Source: Octopus sinensis
Taxonomy: Eukaryota
Assembly: GCF_006345805.1 (NCBI RefSeq)
Contig: NC_042997.1
Coordinates: 71,114,001 to 71,178,000, forward strand
Length of the DNA: 64,000 nt
Direction of reading: 5' to 3'
Under the pieces are notes generated by a model that worked only from the letters and a program-made list of their open reading frames with translations, did not search any database and had not been told where the DNA came from. A program made the position numbers and the translations under genes. Of the stretch, positions 1 to 13,087 are shown piece by piece (position 1 is the first letter of the stretch; every line of letters starts with the position of its first letter).

Positions 1-180
1 AAGTGCAATCTGTGGGTGGAACAGTAAAAATATGCAAAACTTTTCTCAAGTTCCAAATATGAATTTGTCTGTGTTAACTATATCCCAAAGATGGTGCCTT
101 GTATATTTGTTGGAAACCGGCTCCCTCTCAGTGGAAGAGGATTTATAATAGTTAAAAAATAGAAGAGACATACACATATA

Positions 181-350
181 CGACAGGCTTATTTCAGTTT
201 CTGTCTACCAAATACACTCAAAAGGCTTTGGTCGATCCGGGTACATAGTAGAATACATTTGTCAAAAGTAGAATAGTAGAATGTAGAAGAATTTACTTGC
301 TCAAATAAGTCGGCCTGAACTAGGTGCCATGTGTTTGGGAAGCAAGTGCA
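181..350 (-). mobile_element. SINE family 2, degraded 5' half
   Basis: Reverse complement matches the intact copy at 59523-59883 (cgacaggctt..ttcagtttctgtctaccaaat; atgtgtttgggaagcaagtg). Confidence 0.55.
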
Positions 351-721
351 TGTATGTGAGGAATTTTCATACTATTTGATGATACTGTAATATTTTTAAG
401 TGTACTACCAAACACCCTAAATTGGTTATTACAATTGGCTGTTGCTGTGCCTAGATTAGAAATAATCTATATTGTTTATTTATTTATTATCAATTTATTT
501 ACTGTAATGTCATATATTAGGGTGTCGTATTTCCTACCCTTTGCCTGTCTTGGTATCTCATATGATACACAGCGCATATTTCCCTGACCTCCAGGCTTTA
601 TATATGATACACATTCCAAATGTTTTTCAACCGCAAGAATGAAAAGAAAGCTTTATATTATTCAATATGTATGAAACAAAGGCTAAGTAAACGTCTGAAA
701 ACAGGCATAAACGTTTGGGAC

Positions 722-795
722 AAAGCGAGACAGTAGAGTTACAATTTACCTGTCCAAGTGATATGCACAGGTAAACTGTAACTCTAGTTCGCTTT
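722..795. other. Stem-loop, pre-miRNA-like geometry
   Basis: 734-753 pairs with 767-786 at 19/20 (full stem with one G.U on the minus strand), 13-nt loop; lower stem aaagcga 722-728 / tcgcttt 789-795. Confidence 0.5.
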
Positions 796-1329
796 CAGCA
801 ACTTTAACTCCGAAACAATGCTGGAGTTTAAATGACTGTAACTACGGGACGAAATCGGAAACATAACTGAATTTTCAATGCAATAAAACAATGCTATGAA
901 CATTTTATACAGCATAATAGAAATAAGAACATTTATAAAATGTGAAATTTTCTCGAGTCAGACTGGTAATTATAATTATTAAGAGCGACGAACGGTCGAT
1001 TAGCAGATTCGGTAGTGAGGCGAAAAAATATATTGTGGTATTTAGTTATGGTTCTTTACGTTAGGAGTTCAGTTCCCACAGGGTCATTTTCACTGAGTGC
1101 AATAAACTAAAATACTATTTTCGAATAAAGTATCAGCCAAGTACTGATTGAAGTTTGATTTAACCAATTGAACACCGTTTTCAAGATCTTCATCCAGCTC
1201 TGTACCATTGTCAGGAATCATTATTGTGATTATGCTTAGTTTCATATATTTGGTCAGGTTATGACTGTGTTAATGTAGAAGAAATAATTGGATGCCTCGA
1301 GATAATCCAGAGCTAGCCCTTTGTGGTTG

Positions 1330-2060
1330 TATCTCTGTGTGAATGAATGAATGTGTGTGCAAGTGAGGAAGTGCAAGTGTGTGAGTGTCTGTATGCGTGT
1401 GCAGGAGTGAATTTATTTGTATATGCGAGCATGCGTGACTATGTCTGTATGTGTGTATGTGCATGTGTGCATGTGTGTGGGAAGATATGTGTGTTTGTGT
1501 GTGAGCGTGTGCGTGCAAGTCTGTGCACGTATGTGTGTGAGGAAATGTATGTGATCAAGTGCATCTGTGTATGGATCTGTATGAGAGCGCGCGGGAATTG
1601 TATCTCAACGTACGCGTGTATCTGTGCTGGCGTGTGGGCGTGCGGTCGTGTCTTTGACAATGTGTGCGAGGGTGTATTTCGATATGAATATATGCCGGAT
1701 GTGTACATGCTTGTGTATGTGCATGCATCTGTGTATAAATTCACTTGTAAGTATATGTTCGAATAAGCGCGAGTATATATAAACATGGGACACTGTGTGC
1801 ATCTGTCTAACTGTATGTGTTCGCATGTATGCAAATGCGTGCGAACACTCATACGCAAGTGAGTTGTGTGAAGTGTGTGTTTATCAATGAATAGGAGTAT
1901 ATAAATGTGTGTACAGCACATTTATGTAATTCCATATGTAAATATGTGAATGTCTATAGTTGTAAATCTATGAGTAAATGTATGTGAACTTGCGTGAATG
2001 GTTCTTTGAGTGTACAAGAGTGTATATATTTGTGTGTATATCCATGTGTATGTGTGACGA
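1330..2060. repeat. Long degenerate (TG)-rich cryptic simple repeat
   Basis: About 730 bp of interrupted tgtg/gtat units; source of the Cys/Val and His/Thr pseudo-ORFs. Confidence 0.85.
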
Positions 2061-2231
2061 AACAAGCTAGGACTTGTAACTAAATGCCAAGCAAACTGAA
2101 GCGTTAATTCTAAATGAGATTAGCGCCAAATAAAATTGAGATTACACACAATAGTACACACACATACCCATACACTCAAGCAAACGCATGCATATATAAA
2201 TACCTTTGTGTGTATGTGTGTGTATAGATAC

Positions 2232-2274
<43 letters not shown>

Positions 2275-2339
2275 ATGTAATTTATAAATGCATAGTAAGC
2301 TCTAAGAACAATAATAATAAAATTATAAATAAGGTTTAA

Positions 2340-2625
2340 AGAGGATCTACAGCTAATGGAAAGTATCTCCCAACATTACCAGACTTTTAAACAACCTAAT
2401 TTAAGTAAGTCCACAAGTTTAAGTAAATATATATGGGATTTATAATCTAGAAAAAGAGATTACATCCATTGTTGGAGTATAATAGGTAGAGCCCACATAA
2501 TACTGGGAAAAAGATGTGTTTATTATGTATAACAGAATTTATGAAACTGATACGGTCTAGAGATGACTTACTAAACACATACGATGAACGAGGAGTAAAT
2601 GTTGACACAAAAGTAATTTTACATA
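2340..2625 (+). pseudogene. PLE GIY-YIG endonuclease C-terminal remnant
   Basis: Translates to HYQTFKQPNLSKSTSLSKYIWDL*..WSIIGRAH..KKMC with stops and frameshifts; same style as the PLE C-terminus at 60843-61472. Confidence 0.6.
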
Positions 2626-4282
2626 TAATAAAATGAAATACTGAACTTTCAATCTATGATTTCTACAGTACTTGAATAGATTATATAAATAATTAAATGA
2701 ATAAATTAATTATATATTACTAAAAATATAACAAATTATATATATATCCCTAAACATAGTCAGATTGAAGATAATAATAGAAGATAATTTAACTTAAACT
2801 ATGCATAGTGTAATTAATTACCCGGTACTAATCACGTATAAATTCCAATAGTGATCTACTATCTCCACTTCCTCTAATCGCCATTTTGAAAGAGAACAAT
2901 TAAATATAACAACAACCGATTTGGAGATTAACTTACTTCATACACTTGGAATTAAAATTGGAAGGACGATTGGAAAATGTACTTCTTGAAATTCCAAGAG
3001 ATGTGTTAGTCAGGAACTGTACGACTTTGATCAGAAATTTACAAGTTCGGCGATGATATCAGAAGAAACTACCGCCGCCGCCGCCACCACCAGCACCACC
3101 ACTGCTACATCAACAACAACAATATTCTCACGCTTTTTTTTAACAAAATTCCAAGACTAATAGAAAGTAGGATCACTGAGGGCGAGGAAAGAGTTGTAAA
3201 TCAGCCAAAATATGATTCCAGAATTCAAACGTTTTGTTAGGTGTTGCTTGATATAAAAAAAAAAAAAATAAAAAAAAATCATAATTATAATCGCCATTTG
3301 TGTATCATAGTAAATATATACAAACCGTTAGAAGTCATGAAGGTGTGGAATTATCTGAGTAAAATCCCTTCATATATTGGGCTAAAAAACTACAATATAT
3401 ATCGAAGCGAGGCGAACATCCTCGCTACAATGACTCGCGAAAACAACTGCATTTCACCTATCTTGAAGATTGCCATCTGCGTAAACGATATTCGTGGCAT
3501 CTTGTTATAAAATGACAGTGAAATATACAGTCAGTGATGTTGTGGAAACTTGCTGTACTCTAAAATAAGCCGGCATTGGCAACTCAAACAACATGAAATG
3601 AATAAAGCCATCTAAGTATCATACTAAATGTATATATAGCGTTAGAAGGCAAGGACTTTATCTCAGACAATTCCACAACCTACACCTTCTAACAGTGTTA
3701 TTACTTATTGTACGATACATAGATGGTAGTTTTTATTTAACGCTGTTTCATTTGCGTAGACCGAGCTTTATCATTGCGTAAATCAACTTCTTTAAAGATG
3801 TAAAATTTCCATTCTTAAAATACTGATGATCATCGAGAGAGCCTGATGCACAGGATGAAAACTGCATGATATGTAGATACAACAATTTTGAGGAAATACG
3901 AACTGTTGATATTACAGTTGTAGGTTCTGCATCCAATCAACTTGGCCATTTATGATTCTCATGTGTAATGCTGAATTAATAAAAATTATTTCCTACCAAC
4001 ATGTATCCTTCATTACTGCGGGTCTCCTGAAGCTAAAATATTCTACGAAACCATAGGAACAACATTCTTGCGGTAGGATATGAAACCGCAGTCAATAAAA
4101 AGGCCACGACATTGACATCTTAACTATACACTCAGCACAACCTTTTTCCTTTTCTATCTAATAACTTCCACGAAAATAAATATACTCTCTTAATTGCAAC
4201 CAATTCAATTTCCTTTGGGATATTAATACTTCTTCCTCGTCCTCTTCATTTATTTTGTCATTAATTTTATCATCTTTATACA

Positions 4283-4610
4283 AGCCGCCGCCACCACCAC
4301 TAACAGCTACAGCAACACCAATAATACTATGCTGCCAACACCTTCACCATCAACATCAGTTTTATCCTGATTATCATCGTTATCATCGTTCTTCTCTCCA
4401 CCTCCCCCCTCTCCCCAGCTCCTCCAGCTCCTCCTCCACTCCATCCACTTCCTCCACCTCCTCTACCTCCACCTTCTTCACGTCAACCACCACTACCACT
4501 CCTCCTCCTCCTCCTCCTCTCATCATCATCATCATCACCACTAACTATCTATTTATCTATCTGTCTGTCTGGCTGTCTATTTTTCCGTCTATCTATCAAT
4601 ATTTATATAT
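4283..4610. repeat. Compound (CCA/CAT/CCT)n and (TATC)n low-complexity tract
   Basis: Direct inspection. Confidence 0.85.
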
Positions 4611-4719
4611 CTGCCTCTTTCTTATTATCTCTCCCTTTCTTTTTTTTTCTTCTACATGTTATTGTGGCTTTAGGTAAAATGCCTTACTACTAACTCTATA
4701 CTGGGTCTTCATGTCCTAT

Positions 4720-4840
4720 GTTCAAACTCCATAAATTTCAGCTTTGCCATACGTCCTTTCGGGCTTCATAAAATAAGTACAGTTGAACACTAGGGTCGAG
4801 CAATCGACTAGCCATTAGTCCCAAATTGAGCCTATCGTAT
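4720..4840 (+). mobile_element. SINE family 1, degraded 3' half
   Basis: ctttgcc..cctttcggg..taaaataagtac.agttgaacact.gggtcga matches other family 1 copies. Confidence 0.5.
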
Positions 4841-4920
4841 TATAATTATTACTATTATTATACTTTATGCCTGTCTTTGTATTGTCCCCCTCATCCTTCG
4901 CCCTTGTAACAAATAAATGA

Positions 4921-4999
4921 AATTATTATTATTATTATTATTATTAGTGGTGGTAGTAGTAGTAGTATAGTAGTAGTAGTAGTAGTAGCAGCAGTAGCA

Positions 5000-5037
<38 letters not shown>

Positions 5038-5097
5038 GGTGGTAGTAGTAGTAGTAAGTAGTAGTAGTAGTAGTAGTATAGTAGTAGTAGTAGTAGT

Positions 5098-5163
<66 letters not shown>

Positions 5164-5195
5164 CAGCAGTAGCAGCAACAGCAGCAGCAGCAGCA

Positions 5196-5287
<92 letters not shown>

Positions 5288-5290
5288 TAT
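4921..5290. repeat. Compound (ATT)/(AGT)/(AGC) microsatellite with higher-order duplication
   Basis: Block agcagcagtagcagcaacagcagc..agtggtggtagtagt occurs twice (about 4986 and 5162). Confidence 0.95.
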
Positions 5291-5382
5291 TCAACGCAAA
5301 CTATATCATCATCATATTCTTTTTTTCTTTTTTTAATAAGATTTCATTTACGGTTAGGTTACACAAGCAAAACACGCACGAA

Positions 5383-5600
<218 letters not shown>

Positions 5601-6056
5601 ACATAATCACATACGCACCCTCCTGAACACATGTATATAGGAGTGTGTGTGTGTGTGTGTATATACACTTATACACACATATATATACATATGCTCACAT
5701 ATATACAGGCATATTTATGTGTGTGTATATAGTCCTTATTTTCTTTTAAATTAATGTCTGTTTATGTTTCATTATGTTGATTTAGCGTTGGCATAGGACA
5801 CAAATTAGATGCAGCTAAACAAATTCGGTGGTTAAGAAAAAACCTGGTGTTTAGAAAAAATACATCGATGCACTCACAGCCGTTTTACCGTCGAGCTCCT
5901 TAATTATATTCAATACTACTTACCAGCAGATTCTCGGTATCTTCTTGAAGACCCACCCGTTTTGCACTAACTTTTCTTTAGTTATATCAGCTTAATATTG
6001 AGTTCTGAGTAAAGAGGGGAAAAAATAGATCCGTAAATAATACTTTCTAAAATAGG

Positions 6057-6252
6057 GACAAGAATTAAAATTTTGGGGGAGGGGTATGTCGATTACATTG
6101 ACCCCAGTGCTCAACTAGTACTTTTTTCAACGACCGCGAAAGGATGAAAGGCAATCGTCTTCGGCGAATTTGAACTTAAAACGTAAATACGGACGATATG
6201 CTGCTGGGCATTTTTCCCGCCGCAGCAATGATTCTACCAGCTCATCACCTTA
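6057..6252 (-). mobile_element. tRNA-derived SINE family 1
   Basis: Minus strand has A-box-like tggtagaatc and B-box-like aagttcaaattc; body matches 6275-6471. Confidence 0.75.
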
Positions 6253-6274
6253 TAAATAATCCTTTCTAATAAAG

Positions 6275-6471
6275 ACACAAGGCCTGAAATTTGCCAGGGA
6301 GGGGACTAGTTGATTACATCGACCCCAGTCACTAGCTGGTACTTAATTTATCGACCCCGACAAGATGAAAGGCAAAGTCCACCTCGGTGGAATTTGAACT
6401 CAGAACGTAACGGCAGACGAAATACTGCTAAGCATTTCGCCCGGCGCGTTAACGATTCTGCCAGCTCGCCG
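6275..6471 (-). mobile_element. tRNA-derived SINE family 1
   Basis: Minus strand gcggcgagctggcagaatcgttaa...gagttcaaattccacc...taagtaccagctagtgactggggtcgat; tandem with the previous copy. Confidence 0.85.
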
Positions 6472-6527
6472 CTTTTCGCTGCGATAGGCACACGCGTACA
6501 TACACACACTCACTTACACAAACACAC

Positions 6528-6590
<63 letters not shown>

Positions 6591-6601
6591 ATATATATAT
6601 G

Positions 6602-6635
<34 letters not shown>

Positions 6636-6650
6636 GTGTGTATGTATATA

Positions 6651-7180
6651 CAGGGTGATTAAAAAAGTAACTCCCAAATTTAAAATACTTATAAATTATT
6701 TATCAATTGTCATTTTTACAAAAAAATGGATATGAGAGGAAAGCTTTTAATATGGGGCTTTATTTAAATTTTGATATGGGCTCCAGATGTCACCACCAGC
6801 TTCTTGAGTCGCCCAGGAATTGCGTCAACTGATTTCACCAGAAACTCTTGTGGGATGGACAACAGAACTTCTCATATTCGCCCTTCAAGTTCTTCCCAAG
6901 TCTTTGGTTTGTACAGTAGACTTGTTCCTTTAACCAACCACAAAGAAAGAAGTCGCAGGGTGTTAAGTTGAGACTTCTGGCTGGCCACTCATGCGGATAA
7001 CAACGATCTATCCATCCCCGAAGAAAGTGGGCATTTAGTCACTTGTGAATGACAAGAGCAATACAGTTAAAGAATAAATTCTCATACTTCAAAAAACAAA
7101 CAAAAAACTTGAGAAAAAATTGCAATTAATAAATAATTGATAAGTATTTTAAAATAGGGAGTCACTTTTCAGTCACCCGG
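6651..7180 (-). mobile_element. Internally deleted Tc1/mariner element (530 bp)
   Basis: About 59-bp imperfect TIRs (cagggtgattaaaaaagtaactcc / ggagtcacttttcagtcacccgg), TA flanks; minus strand encodes WPARSLNLTPCDFFLCGWLKEQVY (cf. WPxxSPDLxPxDFFLWG motif). Confidence 0.85.
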
Positions 7181-7188
7181 TATGTATG

Positions 7189-7247
<59 letters not shown>

Positions 7248-7270
7248 CATATTACGTGGTATTATGTCTA

Positions 7271-7305
<35 letters not shown>

Positions 7306-7309
<4 letters not shown>

Positions 7310-8210
7310 GATACGATGGGTGAATTGTCAACATTAAACATTTTTAATTTTGTCGACTACACGCTATTGTAGGGTCAGGTGGGCACCGTCTGTGAGAAAA
7401 GCAGGATCATGCCACAATTCACTCTGCCAGAAATTTAGAAACCAGATGCTTCACTGCTTGGCATTCGCGCCGGAAGCTCCAATACAAATATTTCAGAGTG
7501 TTTGGGTGTCAATCTGAGGACAGAGCAGAGGAATCGGAACGAGTTAGGGTTAGTGCTAGGGTTACGAAGATTCAGAAAGAGTTAATGGTGATTACGAAGA
7601 TACGGTAGCTCGGAAAATTCACTTTGATCGTTCTGATAAGAAAAGAACTCCTGAATTTGTTGATGAAATATAGGCCATGATTGACAACTATCCCTCCAAG
7701 TCAATCAGGTCCATCACCAGGGACATGAGAGTGTCTGAGTTTCTCATCAGGTAGTGCATGAAGACATTCGATATTGCTCATTCAAGATGAAAGAGTGCCA
7801 GCTTTTATCCAAAGCCATCAAGGACAAGAGGAAAGACTGCGATACAAAGCTTTTGAATAAACGCAAGCATTCTCTCCAACCGAACCTGCTTTTGTTTATC
7901 TGAGACGAGAAATGTTTCTGCCAGGATCAGATGGTGAACACACAGAACAACTGTTGGCTTGCCGTATCCCCAAAACATGTACCGATTGTGATAAAAATGA
8001 AACAATCAATCAACATTATGGTGTTTTGAGTGATTACGAGTGATGGTGACGTTATGCCTCCATTCATCTTACACAGCTTCACACTCAACATGGAGGCCTG
8101 CATCAAGTGCCTGGGAGAGATAATGCTGACCTGGGTCAAGAGGGTGGTTGCTGGAAGACACCATTTCTGCCAATAGGACTCTGCACAATGCTATACAAGC
8201 AGGAAAACCC
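7306..8210 (+). mobile_element. 3'-truncated Tc1/mariner (maT/DD37D-like) transposase pseudogene
   Basis: ATG at 7409 MPQFTLPE; PSKSIRSITRDMRVSE helix-turn-helix; DEKCFCQDQMVNTQNN; MVF*VITSDG; Q*DSAQCYTSRKTQ; stops and frameshifts. Confidence 0.8.
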
Positions 8211-8230
8211 AGACAGACACACAGACAGAC

Positions 8231-9123
8231 ATATCAGAGGGGTGCATGAGCATAGCAGGAAACATGTTTCAATGTGGCTAGACTACAAGAAATCCTTTGA
8301 CTCTGTTTCCCACTAATGGAAGCTAGAAACTCTTCAACTTGGTAAAGTTCCAGCGAGCACCAAAGATATCATCACCATCATAAGTTGTTGTTCGAAACTT
8401 TTATCATGGTATTATCTGCCAATGAGACATGATGCTGTAGGTAAGACACTGTATAATGAGATCCTCCGAAAGATAAAACTGAGGTCAAAGAAATAAGAAC
8501 CCAAAGTATGGTAGAAGCCATAGCCACTCATAATATAAAGGTGTCGAGGTGAAATTTCCAAGTGAAGATCGCAATTAAATGTAAACATAATAGACCTGAC
8601 ATAGGGATTTGGAATAAAGAATAGACAATGTGTACAATGGTGGAAATCAGTTGCCCAGCGGATGTTAACATAAAGCTAAAGATCAGTGAAAAAACCCACT
8701 TACTCTGAATTATTCAGAAATCTATAGTTATTCTACCCAGGTTGCAAGTTCTGGTTTATACCTGCAGTTATTGGAGCACTAGGATATATAACACACTGAC
8801 TAAATACAAATCTTGAGAAATTAGGCTTTTCAAAATCAGAAAGGAGAAGGTTGAATCGAAGCATACAGATCCCAGCCATTACTAGATCTGTAAAAATCTG
8901 TAAAACTTTCCAAAAGTTTATCATTTCAGTATAAATGCACATATCTAGACATGCAACTATATGCATCAGAATACATATGCAAAACAAAACATACAAATCT
9001 GCACATGCAGTGAATCCAAATGTTACACACACACACATATATATATATATAAACACCTTTGGATCTAGGTTAATCCCCCCTCTCTCTATTGGCAAGAAAT
9101 CTTCAAATAAAACTGAATAATGA
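8231..9123 (+). mobile_element. RLE-type (R4/Dong/NeSL-like) non-LTR retrotransposon, 5'-truncated and internally deleted
   Basis: RT motif WLDYKKSFDSVSH, then IISCCSKL..YYLPMRHD, restriction-like endonuclease HNRPDI..VEISCP..K, then 3' UTR and (CATA)n tail. Confidence 0.85.
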
Positions 9124-9346
9124 CATATATACATACGAACATACATACGAACAAACATACATACATACATACATACATACATACATACATACATACATAC
9201 ATGTATAAACTTACATATAAGTATACTTTCACACAAGTATAGAGGACTTAATTATTTTATAAAGTTTGTTTTCTTTTAACAGATGAATGAAATTTTAAAA
9301 TTTATTCTTATAATTGTTTGCAAATCTTACTTTTGTTATAACATTT

Positions 9347-9560
9347 AAGTCGGTGAGTTGGCAGAATCGTTAGCACGTCCTGCAAAATGCTTACGGTATT
9401 TAATCCGTCTTCTCATTCTCAGTTCAAATTCCACTGTGGTCTACGTTACCTTTCATCCTTTGGGTCAATAAAATGAGTACCAGTTGAACACTGGTTTCGT
9501 TATAATCGATTGTTTCCTTCCCCCAAATTGCTGGCGTTGTGCCTAAATTTGAAGCCAATG
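9347..9560 (+). mobile_element. SINE family 1
   Basis: gagttggcagaatcgttagcacg..cagttcaaattccac..agtaccagttgaacactgg. Confidence 0.75.
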
Positions 9561-9745
9561 TTTCAGTTAAATATAACATTTGATCAGTTGTTTTCTTTAT
9601 TCAAAATTCGGACAGAACTTACGGGATGGCCTGATACATAAAACAAACGTAATATTGTATGTATGTATGCATGTATGTATGTATGTATGTATGTATGTAT
9701 GTATGTATGTTTGTATGTATGTATGTATGCATGTATGTATGTATG

Positions 9746-9908
9746 TCATTATTCAGTTTTATTTCAAAATGTCCTGCCAATAGAGAAAGAGCCGGTTTCT
9801 AACATAGATCCAAGTCTCCTGCGTTGGAATTTCAGCATCAGCAACATGTTATTTTAGTATGTATGTATGTAGTATGTATGTATGTATGTATGTATGTATG
9901 TATGTATG

Positions 9909-9940
<32 letters not shown>

Positions 9941-10175
9941 TGTATGTATGTATGTATGTATGTATGTATGTATATAAGTATGAATTATGTTTGTATTTAT
10001 GTATATGTGTAAGCATGTATGTATATATGCATGTATGTAAGTATGTAAATGTGCAGATTTGCATGTTTTGCTTTATGTATGTATTCTTATGCATATAGTT
10101 GCGTATCTAGACAAGCTTATATATTTAAATGCTTAACTTCTAGAAAGTTTTACAAATTTTTAAAGTTCCAGTGAT
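9746..10175 (-). mobile_element. Second RLE retrotransposon 3' fragment, flanked by (CATA)n
   Basis: Minus strand ITGTLKICKTFL matches ITRSVKICKTFQ of 8231-9123; same terminus aaataaaactgaataatga; internal (CATA)n expansion. Confidence 0.75.
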
Positions 10176-10335
10176 GTATGTATATACGTTTGTACGTACG
10201 TACGTATATATGTAAGTATGTATGTATGTATGTATGTATGTATGTATGTATGTATGTATGTATGTAGGTAGGTAGGTAGGTAGGTAGGTAGGTAGGTAGG
10301 TAGGTAGGTAGGTTGGTAGGTAGGTAGGTAGGTAT
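10176..10335. repeat. (TATG)n/(TAGG)n microsatellite
   Basis: Direct inspection. Confidence 0.95.
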
Positions 10336-10876
10336 GTCTGTGTTTTTGTATGTATGTTTGCATATACGAGTGTTTAAGCATCCTGTCTTCTATTATAGCT
10401 TCGGACTGACCAAAGTGAGTGGATTTAGTAGAGGGAAACCGAAAGAAGCCAATTTCATATGTATGTGCGCGTGTGTTTATATGTATGTACATATGTGTGT
10501 GTGTATGTTTGTATAAGAATAGGGAAAAAGAAAATCTCTCAATGATATTTCCAGATTTCATTATTAAGTTGTACAGCTGTTTCCACAGTTTAAATACAAA
10601 CATCATTATCTCTATAATTATTACATAATTACAGTTGTAGGGTTAATAATGAAATCTTGAAATATCATTGAGATGTTTGCTTTATAGTCTTCTAAATATT
10701 TTGCTCTTGACATTCTTTTTATCTAATTTACCTCTATGTAAACTCTTTCCTATACCTATTTTATTAAAGTAATAATATCTAGGGGTTGAACAAGATATTA
10801 AACAAATGTATAGTTATATTCAGTGGATACGTTTCTATAGAGCTTAAATACTAATTCCGTATAATAAATTACATTA

Positions 10877-11092
10877 AGCGGGGAGCTGGCAGAATAGTTA
10901 GCACGCCGGGCGAAATACTTAGCGGCATTTCATCTATCTTAATGTTTTGCGTTCAGATTCCACTTGGGTCGACATTGCCTCTCGTCCTTCGGGCTCGATA
11001 ATATGAATACCAGTTGAACACTGGAGTCGATGTAATCAACTTAGCCTCTCTCCGAAACCTGCTGGCCATGTGTCAAAATTTGAATCCAATAT
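10877..11092 (+). mobile_element. SINE family 1
   Basis: gcggggagctggcagaatagttagcacgccgggcgaaat...aaatttgaatccaat. Confidence 0.8.
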
Positions 11093-12184
11093 GATACATT
11101 TTACACATGTACATAGCAATACACTCACAAACCTAGGCACACTTATTTATGTCTCTGTCCCTCTAAGTAAGGGTTAGTATGCAACGGATCCTTATAATAT
11201 TATGAATTATTGTGCTCTTATATTCAGCAAAATATAAATCCGATTTTAAAATTATTGACACAATCCCCTATCACATCGTCTTAATAACATAAACAATTCC
11301 ACATCAATTACTACCGCTCAGTACTAACAACAATGTTACGACTATTGAACATTGACATTTTTAATTGTCAACAATTGTTGTTTACGCTAATAATTTCAGA
11401 GCAATTCCAAGTAATAGTGTCCAACGCAAAATTCTTTCAAAGCTTAGCACAAATTATTTTAAGCATATATCCAAAGATGGACAAGCATGTATGTAACTAA
11501 AAGCTCAGCTAAGCTTTCATCCTCATATCACTCTGAAAATATTTTGCACTTACTACCCTAATAACATGTCGACTGAAAATATCAAAGTGGTCTGATATGA
11601 AATTGGTGAAAGAATTCTTAGACTGCTTGGTAAAGAAGGGAATAATATACGAAAAGATGAGATTTTAGTTACACAAATATACTTAAACACTTATAAAATC
11701 ACAAATGTATGCACACAATTTCATAGACAAATACACACGAATACACATAGATACGTACATATATAAGCATATATGTGTGTGTATGTATGTGTGCGTGTGT
11801 ATGTATGTGTGTGTGTGTTTGTGTGTACACACACACAAACAGACACACACATATGTATATAGTTATATATATATATATATTATGCATCCTTCCAAGAAAA
11901 ATGTTAACCTTAGTTAATAACACTGAAGAAGTTCTGCCCCATATACTTAAAAATTATACCATTCTTAGCATATAAACAAATGCTTAGAATCGCATATCAA
12001 CCGAGGGATGGAGCTCAAACATATATTTAGGCTTTTTCGCATCTCCTATTTTCTTTTTGAGTTTTACCACTTATAATGTATTTGTATTGATATTTTTTAA
12101 GAAAAATTCAACATCTTTATATCATAGAAACAAATTATTCATACATCAATCTTTTTCCCATTTTCTTTCTTTCAATATATATAT

Positions 12185-12490
12185 ATACAAAATTTAGAGG
12201 AATGGCCACTAAAGTGGATAGCCTATATGCTATACTTAGACGTCAAATCGCCATTACCACGAAGAATGTGTTCTCAAGAAAAATGTTGCTGAGATTTTTC
12301 TTGGGAATACATTCATCGTGGTAATGGCGATTTGACGTCTATGTTTAGCATATAGGCTCTCCACTTCAATGGTCAGTCCTCAAAATTTTGTATGTAACAC
12401 AATTTTTAATCTTCGGATTTTTTAAATATGCTAAGCCACTGGTTTTAATTGATTAATATCAATTTCTACTCTCATAATGTAATTTTAAAT
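12185..12490. repeat. Fold-back of a probable PLE terminus
   Basis: 100-bp inverted arms 12185-12284 / 12294-12393 with 9-nt loop; right unit continues and recurs at 13088-13290. Confidence 0.7.
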
Positions 12491-12596
12491 AAAAAATGTT
12501 CTCTAACCGGTATATTGGCTGCTGTAATTTATTAACTGCAGAGTAATTTCCGATCTCAGCGCACCAAAGTGAAGGTATTTGAAAGATACACCTAAA

Positions 12597-12830
12597 TATA
12601 TATTTCTTTACTACCCACAAGGGGCTAAACATAGAGGGACAAAAAAGGACAGACAAAGGGATTAAGTCGATTACATCGACCCCAGTGTGAAACTGCTACT
12701 TAATTTATCGACCCCAAAAGGATGAAAGGCAAAGTCCACCTCGGCGGAATTTGAACTCAGAACGTAACGACAAACAAAATACCGTTAAGCATTTCGCCTG
12801 GCGCGCTAACGTTTCTGCCAGCTCTCCGCC
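12597..12830 (-). mobile_element. SINE family 1, long-tail variant
   Basis: Family 1 head and body plus extra tail (tttgtctgtcc..gccccttgtggg.agtaaagaaata on the minus strand). Confidence 0.85.
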
Positions 12831-13087
12831 CTGCACCTAAATATAATTTGTAGTGTAGTAACACCTAAATATTATATGTAGAACATTATACATGCTGGAT
12901 TTCAGTTGAGCGTTCTGTATCTAGTTCTGGAAATTGTGTTTCGTAAACGACAGACTATGCTGATGATCTTGCAAGATATATGCGCGTCATATACGTAAAT
13001 AATAACAAGTGAAAACAATGGTACATAGGTAATCGTTTTTTATTTCGTATATTTTCATTTGTCTGCTTATTTTTACGTTTTGATATT

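Noticed and set aside
1270-1921. ORF-track ORFs rich in C/V/M/Y or H/T/I here and throughout the window
   Set aside because: They are translations of (TG)n, (TA)n and (TATG)n repeats, which lack stop codons; no coding signal.
2955-3055. Possible Tc1 C-terminal fragment (LEGRLENVLLEIPRDVLV)
   Set aside because: Short, with no TIR or catalytic motif nearby.
3820-3875. CTGATGA..GAAAAC hammerhead-like spacing
   Set aside because: No NUH triplet with closing stems I and III. The overlapping 62-aa ORF also has no recognisable motif.
5924-6004. Minus-strand exon-like segment with good acceptor and GTAAGT donor
   Set aside because: Stops in all three frames; it could only be a non-coding exon and there is no supporting evidence.
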